A stretch of 64,000 bases of DNA, from positions 3,372-67,371 of the forward strand of contig CAKZLL010000379.1 in NCBI GenBank assembly GCA_937125475.1. The letters run 5' to 3'. This document shows positions 29,708 to 39,069 of this stretch, in pieces. The notes beneath the pieces were generated by a model that had not been told where the DNA came from, searched no databases, and saw only the letters and a list, made by a program, of their open reading frames with translations. Positions within the stretch are counted from its first letter, which is position 1. The number at the start of each line of letters is the position of its first letter. The stretch comes from an uncultured Saprospiraceae bacterium (GTDB taxonomy: Bacteria; Bacteroidota; Bacteroidia; Chitinophagales; Saprospiraceae). The position numbers and the translations under genes were made by a program.

Positions 29708-29723
29708 ATTTCTTCCAAGAAAT
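29708..29723. promoter_or_regulatory. Perfect 16-bp palindrome ATTTCTTCCAAGAAAT upstream of the Cas6-like gene
   Basis: Read directly; about 90 nt upstream of the start at 29621, in the 131-nt gap after the response-regulator gene. Confidence 0.3.
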
Positions 29724-29752
29724 CACATAGTTTAATACGAAATTATTAATCA

Positions 29753-30787
29753 CTATCCTGGCATTTCACGCAATTTATTTTTTTTCAAAATGATAATCTT
29801 GCTCCTTTGAATATCAATATATCCATCTTTTTTAAATTCGGCTAAAGTTCGGATCACACTTTCTTTCGCAGTCCCGACTATCTGAGCCAAATCTTCGCGA
29901 AGCATAATAAAAGTATTGCTTTTTTCTCGTTCACTGATTTCCACTAAAGCATCCGCAATTCTTTTCCGAATAGAATCATAAGCTAAATGCAAAAGTTGCC
30001 CTTCTTTTGCAGCAACATTATTCGCAAGTAGTTTTATTAATTGAGCTGAAACGGCTTTATTACTATTCATCAGTTCCAGAAAATTCTTTTTAGGTACTAA
30101 ACGAAGTGCCGATTTATCAACCGTTTGAGCCGAAAAATTATATAGTTTACCTTCAATCAAATTTGTATAACCAAAGAAATCACCAGTGCCACATATTTTA
30201 ATAATCAACTCTTTTCCGTAATCATTCGTTTTATATAATTTGACTTTTCCACTATCCACGAAGTACAAATACTTCGGTAAATCCTGTTCCCAAAAGATCG
30301 TTTCCTTTTTCTTAAATTCTTTTATAGCGTGACTTTCGCTTAATTTTTTCAACTCGATCGCGCCTTGTGTCGCATCAACAAAGCTCGTCGAAGCTGGACT
30401 AAGGCGTTTTTTAAGTGCCTCACTTTTTTTCAAACGAATTTCAATCGTATTTAATAATTCATCTTTATAAAACGGCTTAGTAATATAATCGTCCGCGCCT
30501 AAATTCATGCCTCTTCTCCAATCTTCTTTTTCAGACTTGGCAGTCAAAAAAACAAAAGGAATACCGTTTGTTTTATCCTTTCTACTCAAAATATTCAGCA
30601 CACCAAAACCATCTAATTCGGGCATCATCACATCACACAAAATCAAATCTGGCTGTTTTTCTAATGCTTTATGAACGCCAATTTTCCCATTTTCAGCCGT
30701 TTCTACATCATAGCCATAAAGCTCCAGAATTTCTTCCAAATTTTCTCTCACTTCTAAATTATCCTCTATTACTAATATTTTTTTCAT
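29753..30787 (-). CDS. Hybrid response regulator: REC + cNMP-binding + Crp/Fnr-type HTH
   Basis: 344 aa; receiver domain with phospho-acceptor context LILCDVMMPELDG and K in FLTAKS; a central cyclic-nucleotide-binding-like beta-roll; C-terminal HTH (REDLAQIVGTAKESVIRTLAEF). Confidence 0.85.
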   Translation of the reverse strand: MKKILVIEDNLEVRENLEEILELYGYDVETAENGKIGVHKALEKQPDLILCDVMMPELDGFGVLNILSRKDKTNGIPFVFLTAKSEKEDWRRGMNLGADDYITKPFYKDELLNTIEIRLKKSEALKKRLSPASTSFVDATQGAIELKKLSESHAIKEFKKKETIFWEQDLPKYLYFVDSGKVKLYKTNDYGKELIIKICGTGDFFGYTNLIEGKLYNFSAQTVDKSALRLVPKKNFLELMNSNKAVSAQLIKLLANNVAAKEGQLLHLAYDSIRKRIADALVEISEREKSNTFIMLREDLAQIVGTAKESVIRTLAEFKKDGYIDIQRSKIIILKKNKLREMPG

Positions 30788-30812
30788 CGCTATTTTTTAT
30801 AAAATGATGATT

Positions 30813-32078
30813 TTACAACGGCAAAACTACCCGAAAAGTCGTTCCTGCTCCTAATGCACTTTCAAAAGTAATTGTTCCATTAAGCAATCCTACATAATGC
30901 TTAACAATGTTTAATCCAAGTCCTGTACCTTTAATATTTTCTACATTATGCGCTCTAAAAAAACGTGTAAATAAATGCTTTTGATCCGCTAAAGGAATGC
31001 CTATACCTTCGTCTTTAATTTTGATAATCAATTGTTTATCAACGATTTCAGAAGCACAATAAATCGTTTTGTTTTCATCAGAATATTTAATGGCATTAGC
31101 TAATAAGTTATGCAAAATATGGCGCAAGAATTTTTTATCTGAATAAATTTCTTGAACTTGATCATTATTCGTAACACTTAAAGATTGTCCTTTTTTTAAT
31201 AAACCTTTTGTCTCATCTAACACTTCTTGACAAAAATCACTAAAAAGAAACCGCTCTTTTAAAATATCAATATTCCCTTCTTCCAATTTGCTCAACGATA
31301 AGAAATCATTTAAAATTGAAGTCAAATATTGGACAGCTTTTTTGATGCGAACTGTATGTTTTTCACGTTTTGGCTGCTGATCCGTTTTTTTATATAATTC
31401 AATCAATTCGATAGAAGACAAAATCGTACTCAAAGGCGTTCGAAACTCATGAGATGCCATACTCACAAAGCGACTTTTCAACTCACTCAATTCCTTTTCA
31501 GTTTCTAAAGCGGCTTTCAAATCCTCTTCACTTTTTCTCAACGCCATTTCTATTATCTGGCGTTCTTGAATTTCCGTTTCTAATTGTTGGTTAATTTCTA
31601 AGAGGCGATTAACAGCCATTCCGAGCTTTTCCGTTCGTTCTTTGACCTTTTCTTCTAAGATTTTGTTAAGCGTAACGATTTTTTCTTGTGCCGTTTTAAC
31701 ATCAGTCAAATCATGAATAATTCCTGTAAAAATTCGGCTATTTTCCAAAGCCACCTCGCCTACTGCCAATCGCATTGGAAAAGTAGAACCATCTTTTTTT
31801 TGTCCAGTTACTTCGCGCCCAATTCCTATAATTCGAGGGATTCTAGTATTCAAATATCGTTCTAAATAACCATCATGTTCCTTTCTATAAGGACTCGGCA
31901 TTAGCATATTGATATTATTTCCGATCACTTCTTTAGGAAAGTACCCAAATAATTTGGCAGCAGAAGGATTCATAGACTCGACTGTTCCATGTATATCAAT
32001 CGTAATAATTCCGTCTATTGCTGTATCAATAACGCCTTTTAGGCGTAGTGTTGCTTCTGTTGAATTTGATTGCTTCAA
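30813..32078 (-). CDS. PAS-domain sensor histidine kinase (cytoplasmic)
   Basis: 421 aa; PAS (DGIITIDIHGTVESMNPSAAKLFGY), coiled coil, H-box SHEFRTPL, N/G boxes NLLANAIKY, DEGIGI, GTGLGL; no TM segment. Confidence 0.88.
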   Translation of the reverse strand: MKQSNSTEATLRLKGVIDTAIDGIITIDIHGTVESMNPSAAKLFGYFPKEVIGNNINMLMPSPYRKEHDGYLERYLNTRIPRIIGIGREVTGQKKDGSTFPMRLAVGEVALENSRIFTGIIHDLTDVKTAQEKIVTLNKILEEKVKERTEKLGMAVNRLLEINQQLETEIQERQIIEMALRKSEEDLKAALETEKELSELKSRFVSMASHEFRTPLSTILSSIELIELYKKTDQQPKREKHTVRIKKAVQYLTSILNDFLSLSKLEEGNIDILKERFLFSDFCQEVLDETKGLLKKGQSLSVTNNDQVQEIYSDKKFLRHILHNLLANAIKYSDENKTIYCASEIVDKQLIIKIKDEGIGIPLADQKHLFTRFFRAHNVENIKGTGLGLNIVKHYVGLLNGTITFESALGAGTTFRVVLPL

Positions 32079-32130
32079 TTTTTTTTTAATAATTTATGTT
32101 GCAAAATAGGCTTTTCTCTTTAGTCGTAAT

Positions 32131-32166
32131 GTGATAAAAGTCATATAAGATAATGACAAAAGTCAT
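32131..32166. promoter_or_regulatory. Two tandem 5-N4-5 palindromes (GTGAT-AAAA-GTCAT and ATGAC-AAAA-GTCAT), candidate Crp/Fnr-family operator
   Basis: Site 2 (32153-32166) is a perfect 14-bp palindrome and site 1 (32131-32144) is a near copy. Centres are 22 bp apart. The sites lie in the divergent promoter between the HK/RR operon and the Trx-like/USP gene. Confidence 0.4.
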
Positions 32167-32277
32167 AAAAGCCAAAGCAAATTATAACGAATTTAGCATT
32201 TAAATGGTTTTGTAGTATTCGGCTTCAAGTTATGCTACATTTAACTATCTAAATATTAACGCAAGTAAAAATGAAAA

Positions 32278-33384
32278 ATGAATACCATTCAAATTCTAGG
32301 AGTAAGTGATTATAGCAAGACATTAAACCTAAAAATTAACGCGCATAAAGCCTTAAATAATTTAGGCTTGCGAGCCAATTGGGAAGAAATAACAGATATT
32401 GAAACGCTGTTAGACTTCCATCTTGCTGGAATTCCTGCTCTTGCCATTGATGGTAAAATTATTTATCAAAAAGACCTCCCTAGTGTCAAAAACCTAGAAC
32501 TATTATTCCATTTATTCTCTACCGAAAAAAGTGAATTAGGACAAATTAATCACATTTTAATTCCAACTGATTTTTCAACAATTTCGCGTGAAGCTTATGA
32601 ATACGCGCATTGTTTAGCAGCTCATTTTTCCGCCGACCTTGAATTACTCAATGTTCATTTTCCAAATGCACTTGAAGCTACGCCTTTTTACCTAAATTAT
32701 GCTGCAACAGACATTCAATTAAAAAAAGAATCATTGATAGCTTTTGCGAAAGCAACTCCCTTACCTCCGAGTTGTTGCGACGAACATCGAGTAGAAATTC
32801 AAGAACATTTTAGTGTTGCTTGTGGTTTGCCTGAAGATGTTATTGTAAAAAAATCTCAAAACGAGGATGTCGATTTGATTGTAATGAGTACAACAGGCGA
32901 AAATGGTTGGTATCAAAAATGGCTAGGCAGTATTTCAAGGCATACTGCGATGAATGCTAAATGCCCTGTTTTATTGATTCCCAAAGGAATAACTTATCGT
33001 TGTCCGCGTCATATTTTGTATGCGACAAATTACCACCCTAATGAATTTCAAGCATTAGAGCAGTTAATTATTTTTGCAAAATATTTTAAATCCCAAATTC
33101 ACATCATCCATGTTGCGGAATCAGAAACAGATAAAATAGAACCTGAAAAAAGTATCGCAAGCCAGCCTTTCCGCAATGGTTTGCCCAATCTTTATTATAA
33201 AATTTCAACTATTGTAGACAAAAATATTTCTACTGGACTAAATCGTTATGTAGCAGAAAATAATATTGATTTGATTGCAATGCCAACGATTAACCGCCCT
33301 TTTTTTAATCAACTTTTTCATAAAAGTACAACTAAGGATATGGCAATTCAAACAAAAATACCTTTACTAGTTTTACATATTTGA
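32278..33384 (+). CDS. Thioredoxin-like (CxxC-less) domain fused to tandem universal stress protein (UspA) domains
   Basis: 368 aa; residues 1-70 resemble the small Thioredoxin_3 fold (IQILG....IPALAIDGKIIYQ), but the GxGCxxC position reads GVSDYSK; two USP modules follow (ILIPTDFS..., ILYATNYH...). Confidence 0.72.
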   Translation: MNTIQILGVSDYSKTLNLKINAHKALNNLGLRANWEEITDIETLLDFHLAGIPALAIDGKIIYQKDLPSVKNLELLFHLFSTEKSELGQINHILIPTDFSTISREAYEYAHCLAAHFSADLELLNVHFPNALEATPFYLNYAATDIQLKKESLIAFAKATPLPPSCCDEHRVEIQEHFSVACGLPEDVIVKKSQNEDVDLIVMSTTGENGWYQKWLGSISRHTAMNAKCPVLLIPKGITYRCPRHILYATNYHPNEFQALEQLIIFAKYFKSQIHIIHVAESETDKIEPEKSIASQPFRNGLPNLYYKISTIVDKNISTGLNRYVAENNIDLIAMPTINRPFFNQLFHKSTTKDMAIQTKIPLLVLHI

Positions 33385-33461
33385 TAGGAAGAGTTTCGTT
33401 TTTTTCGACTCTCTTCCTTCAATTTTCTCTTTTCGTAGCGCGACTCGCAGGTTTCGCTACG

Positions 33462-35285
33462 TTAAATTACGCCATATAATTCTCCACCTTTACTAAATAA
33501 TTTATCAACTTTGGCACTCACAACAGGATCAGTTTCTAAAACTGGCGCGTGATGCGGCTTAATTCGAGCATCAATTACCATCGAAGAACAACCCCAATGT
33601 TTATGTCGTGTCTCGCTATTTAAACCATAAATATCATGGGAAGGATTAGAGCGCGTGAACGTCACCCATACAAAATTATTGATCGTCGCAGCAGTAAATT
33701 CACTATCATCAGCCATGACAATCATCGGAATCTGATCCATTCCTCTGACTTGTTCCAATGTAATACAAAGATCATGGGCTTTGACTTCCGCCAATTGATC
33801 GTGTTTCGGTGCTTCCACAATCAAAACGCCTGGGAGCGCAAATATCGGTTTAGAAAAACCTTCTGGCAATCTAAAATCTGCTGGCAAAGTTGTTGCTAAA
33901 TCTCGAATTTTATCGCCACAACAAGCAACAACTACTTTAGAACCTTCATTCCAACCTGACCCCGAATAATCCAAAGTATCAATCGTCGTTTTAGTTTGAA
34001 AATGCAAATCCCGTGTTAAATCTACTCGTTCGAGGAAGTGTTTGAAATAATTTGGAATATCATGGGCATTGACTTTCGGATTGTCTTCTTTCGCAGAAAT
34101 GAATAAATACTTTGCTAAAGAAGTCTGACCGCTTCCCAAAATTCGATTGGCAATCGTTAAAATTTCTTCGGGCTTGCGTTCTCGAAATGGCATATAACGC
34201 TCACTTCCAATCGCCAATAAAAGCGGATGAACACCCGCAGCATCGACAGCATTAATTTCTTTTAGCCCTGGAAACTCCTGTGGTGCGAGTTCTTTTACAA
34301 TTTCGTGGATCAAATAACCGAAGCTCGAATCTTCCGCAGGCGGACGACCGACTACCGTAAATTGCCAAATCGCATTTTTTCTATGATACACTTTGTCGAC
34401 CTTCATCACAGGAAAATCATGTTCCAAACTATAATATCCCAAGTGATCGCCAAAAGGACCTTCTGGCAATTTTCGATTTTTCTCGATTGTTCCCGTAATC
34501 ACAAAATCAGCATCAGCCGAAATGGTAAAACCATTTTTTTTGTGATACCTAAATCGTCTACCAGCCAACATTCCTGCAAAAGTCAATTCCGTTAACCCCT
34601 CAGGTAATGGCATGATTGCCGAAAAAGCATGAGAAGGAGGACCGCCCACAAAAACAGATGCTTTGAATGGTTTATCAAGCTTATTATATTTTGTATGATG
34701 AACGCCTATACCGCGATGAAGTTGATAATGCAAACCAATTTCCTCATTCATTTTATACTCATTACCAGATAATTGAATGCGGTACATGCCCAAGTTAGAG
34801 TTCATAATACTTGAATTCTCAGGATCTTCTGTAAAGACCTGTGGCAAAGTAACAAAAGCACCTCCATCCATTGGCCATGACTTAATCAAAGGTAATTGAT
34901 CAATGGTTGTTTCTTCGTAAGTAGCTGGAGAAGAGAATAAAAAATTGGTTGGTAAGCCATTGACTGCTGTGAATAATGCTCGAAAATAACGGCTTGGATT
35001 TTTGAGTAAACGAGTTGGATCTGCTTTCAACTCTACGACTTTTTGCACTTGTTCGAGCGTTTTTCTAAAGATAAAGCGCGTGCGATCAAATGTCCCATAA
35101 ATATTAGAAACCGCTCTAAACGGACTTCCTTTTACATTTTCATATAAAATGGCTGGACCTTTAGCATCAAAAATTCTTCTATGAATTTCTGCCATTTCTA
35201 AATTAGGGTCAACTTCGGTCTTTATACGAATTAAATGTCCGTGTTTTTCCAAATCACGCACACAATGCTCCATGCTTCTATACAT
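33462..35285 (-). CDS. UbiD-family (prenylated-FMN dependent) decarboxylase, long SCO4490-like menaquinone-type form
   Basis: 607 aa; UbiD N-terminus (DLEKHGHLIRIKTEVDPNLEMAEI), central GGAFVTLPQV... region; the length fits the long UbiD subgroup. Confidence 0.85.
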   Translation of the reverse strand: MYRSMEHCVRDLEKHGHLIRIKTEVDPNLEMAEIHRRIFDAKGPAILYENVKGSPFRAVSNIYGTFDRTRFIFRKTLEQVQKVVELKADPTRLLKNPSRYFRALFTAVNGLPTNFLFSSPATYEETTIDQLPLIKSWPMDGGAFVTLPQVFTEDPENSSIMNSNLGMYRIQLSGNEYKMNEEIGLHYQLHRGIGVHHTKYNKLDKPFKASVFVGGPPSHAFSAIMPLPEGLTELTFAGMLAGRRFRYHKKNGFTISADADFVITGTIEKNRKLPEGPFGDHLGYYSLEHDFPVMKVDKVYHRKNAIWQFTVVGRPPAEDSSFGYLIHEIVKELAPQEFPGLKEINAVDAAGVHPLLLAIGSERYMPFRERKPEEILTIANRILGSGQTSLAKYLFISAKEDNPKVNAHDIPNYFKHFLERVDLTRDLHFQTKTTIDTLDYSGSGWNEGSKVVVACCGDKIRDLATTLPADFRLPEGFSKPIFALPGVLIVEAPKHDQLAEVKAHDLCITLEQVRGMDQIPMIVMADDSEFTAATINNFVWVTFTRSNPSHDIYGLNSETRHKHWGCSSMVIDARIKPHHAPVLETDPVVSAKVDKLFSKGGELYGVI

Positions 35286-35509
35286 CTCTTCATCGTAGTG
35301 AAACGAACTAATTAAGTCGAGAATGAAAAAAAATCATCAAAGTACTTAGCCCGTTTTGATTGCTAAATTAAACTCATTATCTAAACACTACAAAGCTATA
35401 ATAAGTTGATTTATTTTCCAATTCTTCTTTAATTAAGGATTTTCAGAGTTTTTTTATACTACTTTGTTTCATCATTTTTTAATAATATTAATGCGATGAA
35501 ACTATATTG

Positions 35510-35548
35510 AAAAGCCGAATTTCCTAATTGGTAGGAAATTCGGCTTTT
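35510..35548. terminator. Bidirectional hairpin terminator
   Basis: aaaagccgaatttcct / aggaaattcggctttt 16-bp stem, 7-nt loop, A/T runs on both sides; 22 nt past the stop of the MORN-caspase gene. Confidence 0.8.
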
Positions 35549-35569
35549 GATAATGATAAAAATTAAGGC

Positions 35570-37186
35570 TTATTCGTCCACAACTGACATAGGCATATTC
35601 GCATCATAATTACCTTTAATAATTGGTGTTTGGCGTTCGCCAGTATAAGATTGGACATTAATAAAAATATAACGATAGAGTTCAGCAATTTTGACAACAC
35701 CGCTTTTATCAAAATCAGCTTCTCCTTTTAATCCTCGAATTAAGAAATGGCTAAAAATTCCCTGACGCAAACCACTAGATTCTAATGATTGCTCTTCGGC
35801 TTTTGATGATAATAAAAGTACAGTACTCGTTTCGACTGCATCGAAAGCTTCATAATATTGGTCAATCAAGCTTTTACTACTTGCAGTACTTCGAGCAGCA
35901 AAATCACCCAAACTACCAGAATGACAAGCATCTGCAATACAAACTTTAAATTTAGCTTGACTACTTTCCATGATTCTACGCACATCATCGTGTGAAATTT
36001 GATTATTAAAACCATCAAAATCATAAGGAATAAATGAGCCTTTCAAACCATGACCAGAAAAATAAAACAAAACCATATCGTTGCTATCAGCTTTTGAAAA
36101 AACATCGTGCATCGCTTTTAGAATATTCTTCTTTTTGGCTTCCTCGTCTATCAAAATAGCAATTTGCTTTTCGCGTAATGCACCGCCTTCTGGACTTCTC
36201 AAAAACATAGCCACTCGATAAGCATCATCATCTGTGTAATACAACGTTTTCATATGATTGTATTGCGCTACACCAACAACTACCGCCCAAACTGTTATCT
36301 CTGGATCAAAAGCTGCTTTCTTAGTAATTGCTTTTGAAAGACTATCAACCATTAGATCGTGTGCTTCTTCTAAGCTTCCATGTTTCCAAATTCCACCAAC
36401 TACTTTTCCATCCGCAAAATACATGGTTCCTTCTCCATGAAAAGTGCTTTTATACCAATTTCCTACATATTTATCTCCATTGACATAACTACAAGTACCT
36501 TCACCATGAAAACCACCTTCTTCAAAACCACCAAAATATTGACTACCATCAGCAGTTACATAAGAACCTTCTCCATTAAAACAATCTCCTGCAATACAAC
36601 CGACTTTACCACCTGTATCTCCAATATACTCTCCAAAATGCCAAATACCAGCCATTTCTTTACCAGTGACTAGAAATTTTGTTCCATTTCCATGAATATA
36701 ATTATTTTTCCAATCGCCTTCATATCGTTCACCATTAGCAAACCAAACCTTTCCAGCTCCATTTTTTCTACCATTTTGAAAATTCCCTTGATATTTACTT
36801 CCATCATCATATATGAAAGTACCTTGTCCATCAGTGCAGTTTCCTGCAATACAACCTTTTTGTGGTTTTTCCGTTTCGACAGGTTTATCTTCTTCTTGGA
36901 AACGTCCTTTTTTCCATTCTCCTTTTTGAACTCGTCCATCAGGATAAGTCATAATACCTTTTCCTTCTTGATAACGATTGACCCATTCACCAGAATATCT
37001 CCGTCCATCTGAATAGTATAACGTACCAATACCATTCATTGAACCTTTTGTAAATTCTCCAACATATCTAGCTCCACTATTATAAAGGTAAGTTCCTAAA
37101 CCATTAGAACAATTTCCTGAAATGCACTGAGCAACACTCCATTGAGTTATAAATAGACCTATCCCTAACAACAAAATCTTTTTCAT
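35570..37186 (-). CDS. Secreted MORN-repeat protein fused to a caspase-like (peptidase C14) domain
   Basis: 538 aa; signal peptide; about a dozen or more Y-x-G-x-(W/F)-x-x-G-x-x-x-G-x-G MORN units in three blocks separated by GC(I/S)(A/S)GNC motifs; C-terminal domain with His (FYFSGHGLKG) and Cys (CIADACHSGS) dyad contexts. Confidence 0.8.
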   Translation of the reverse strand: MKKILLLGIGLFITQWSVAQCISGNCSNGLGTYLYNSGARYVGEFTKGSMNGIGTLYYSDGRRYSGEWVNRYQEGKGIMTYPDGRVQKGEWKKGRFQEEDKPVETEKPQKGCIAGNCTDGQGTFIYDDGSKYQGNFQNGRKNGAGKVWFANGERYEGDWKNNYIHGNGTKFLVTGKEMAGIWHFGEYIGDTGGKVGCIAGDCFNGEGSYVTADGSQYFGGFEEGGFHGEGTCSYVNGDKYVGNWYKSTFHGEGTMYFADGKVVGGIWKHGSLEEAHDLMVDSLSKAITKKAAFDPEITVWAVVVGVAQYNHMKTLYYTDDDAYRVAMFLRSPEGGALREKQIAILIDEEAKKKNILKAMHDVFSKADSNDMVLFYFSGHGLKGSFIPYDFDGFNNQISHDDVRRIMESSQAKFKVCIADACHSGSLGDFAARSTASSKSLIDQYYEAFDAVETSTVLLLSSKAEEQSLESSGLRQGIFSHFLIRGLKGEADFDKSGVVKIAELYRYIFINVQSYTGERQTPIIKGNYDANMPMSVVDE

Positions 37187-37400
37187 AGTAGTACGTTTTA
37201 TTATATTTGTTTAGATTAGAAAGTAGAATGTACATTTACGCCATATATTTAGATACTTTTAATTTTTAAGTCAATAGAAAACAACCTACATATCAAATTC
37301 TTGATTGTTTTTATCTATTTATAATATAAAGAAGTAAAAGGTAAACGCTGTTAAGACGAGAGAAATTATAAAAGTAATAAGGAGGAAGGAGGGTAATACG

Positions 37401-37436
37401 TGAAAAGGTCATTTCAACGAGTGAAATGACCTTTTC
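37401..37436 (-). terminator. Hairpin terminator downstream of the exbBD cluster
   Basis: tgaaaaggtcatttca / tgaaatgaccttttca 16-bp stem; 32 nt past the stop of 37468-37947. Confidence 0.65.
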
Positions 37437-37467
37437 ATTAATTTAGAATGCTTAATAAAAATTAGAA

Positions 37468-37947
37468 TTATTGATCTAATGCTCTAGCACGAACAGTCGA
37501 AGAATAATTAATTCTTAACTGACCAGATTTACGTAATTCTGTTTTTACATCCGTTACCAAACCCATAGTGATTTCTTGATCTACACGAAGAGATGCAGTA
37601 ATTAAGCCTTTATCAGCTTCATTACGAGCAGCGCGTTCGCTCTCAATGTATACAGGAATATCATCTACTGTTGATAATTGATCATTCAATTGTAGGCGTG
37701 GTGCAGTACCATAAACCGCCTGATATTTAAGAGTAGGCTTTCCTACGTATAGGTAGCTCACTAATGACTTGCGCTCTAACTTCTCTAGTTCAGTTCCACT
37801 CGGTACTTTTACCGCGACCTTGAGTTCAGCCTCTTTCATGACCGTAACGACCATAAAGAAGAAGAGAAGCATAAAGATAATATCAGGCAAAGATGCTGTC
37901 GATATCTCTGGCTTAGAAGCACCTCTTTTTTTCTTAAATTTTGACAT
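37468..37947 (-). CDS. exbD: ExbD/TolR-family biopolymer transport protein
   Basis: 159 aa; single N-terminal TM (DIIFMLLFFFMVVT) plus a periplasmic domain, in an exbB-linked cluster. Confidence 0.85.
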   Translation of the reverse strand: MSKFKKKRGASKPEISTASLPDIIFMLLFFFMVVTVMKEAELKVAVKVPSGTELEKLERKSLVSYLYVGKPTLKYQAVYGTAPRLQLNDQLSTVDDIPVYIESERAARNEADKGLITASLRVDQEITMGLVTDVKTELRKSGQLRINYSSTVRARALDQ

Positions 37948-37976
37948 AATCGATAAACTTTAAGCCATTAAATAAT

Positions 37977-38516
37977 TTATTCTTTCCCAAATCCAGTTGG
38001 TTCAGCTTCAGAAATAACAAGTGGAATATCCGCTTGTATTTCTTTCTTCTGCTCGCCATCTAAGTCCTTATAGTCAAATCCGAATTTAGCTTGAGCAGCT
38101 TCATTCCACAATTCGTTATAAGCTGCTTTTAATTCATTATAAACAGTGATATAAGTACCATACTCCGTACCACGGTCATTTTGTAATGAAATAATTGCAC
38201 GTTTAGGGCTTTCAGACATTTCAGCATCAACACCTCTATTATTAATAAAGCGTTTAGCGTTTTCCTTCAATGTGGCTACACGTTGAAGTTCCCCACGAAC
38301 CAACAATTGGTTTTGCGCATTTACAACCACCCTGTAGACATTACGCTTTTTCAGTTTCAACTGATCAGGCTCTTCTTCAGAGTAAGGTGGTAACTTTACA
38401 GCAATACCTTTATCTACATCAATAGTTGTAGTGACGAGAAAGAAGATAAGTAGTAAGAAAGCAATATCTGCCATTGAACTTGCGTTCACAGATGGTTTTT
38501 CTCTATCTCTTGCCAT
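37977..38516 (-). CDS. exbD: ExbD/TolR-family biopolymer transport protein (second copy)
   Basis: 179 aa; SSMADIAFLLLIFFLVTT N-terminal TM signature. Confidence 0.85.
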   Translation of the reverse strand: MARDREKPSVNASSMADIAFLLLIFFLVTTTIDVDKGIAVKLPPYSEEEPDQLKLKKRNVYRVVVNAQNQLLVRGELQRVATLKENAKRFINNRGVDAEMSESPKRAIISLQNDRGTEYGTYITVYNELKAAYNELWNEAAQAKFGFDYKDLDGEQKKEIQADIPLVISEAEPTGFGKE

Positions 38517-38533
38517 TATTATTGATGTTTAAA

Positions 38534-39055
38534 TTATTTGAATAAATTGATTACTTCAGTTACTGCGATACTACCTACGGTAGCGAACAACGCAAATATT
38601 GCGGTAGTAATACCACCAGAAATAATCTTACTATCACCATCACTGACTTCAAAGATTTTAGCTACTTTTTTAACTGAATAGCTATCCGCATCAACTCCAT
38701 AAGAACTAAATACGACAAAAAACACTACTGCTAATACAATAATAGGAATAAGTGTTTTAAGTGACTTCAAAGAGAAGTTAGTAGCGAAATACCATAGAGA
38801 AAGCAAAACTGCTGCTGCAACAGCTAACCCTAAGAAGACATAAGTTACATAGAAACCAACATCGAAAGAAGTAACTCCATCAAGGGTAGTTTCTAATTCT
38901 GTGATACCCATAGGTTTTCCTGAAGAATCTTTAAGGAAGTCAGGACCTAAACCTTCTGGTACACTCGAACTAGCAATAGCCAAAAATGCAACAGAGAGAA
39001 TACCTCCTATCACAGCAGCTACGGTTAGCCCGTTTTTACTTAGAAATTTATACAT
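38534..39055 (-). CDS. Hypothetical integral membrane protein within the exbB-exbD cluster
   Basis: 173 aa, four predicted TM segments, tightly spaced (15-18 nt) with flanking genes. Confidence 0.6.
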   Translation of the reverse strand: MYKFLSKNGLTVAAVIGGILSVAFLAIASSSVPEGLGPDFLKDSSGKPMGITELETTLDGVTSFDVGFYVTYVFLGLAVAAAVLLSLWYFATNFSLKSLKTLIPIIVLAVVFFVVFSSYGVDADSYSVKKVAKIFEVSDGDSKIISGGITTAIFALFATVGSIAVTEVINLFK

Positions 39056-39069
39056 TTTGACAGATTAAA

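Noticed and set aside
36258-37012. Several 60-106-aa ORFs on both strands inside the MORN-caspase gene
   Set aside because: These are alternative-frame and antisense read-throughs of the repetitive MORN coding sequence. Their compositions are low-complexity (S/T/I/F-rich) and they are fully nested in a strongly supported CDS.
37381-37400. Purine-rich AGGAGGAAGGAGGG tract as a ribosome-binding site for a small gene
   Set aside because: No start codon or ORF follows it on the plus strand, and it abuts the terminator hairpin of the exbD gene.
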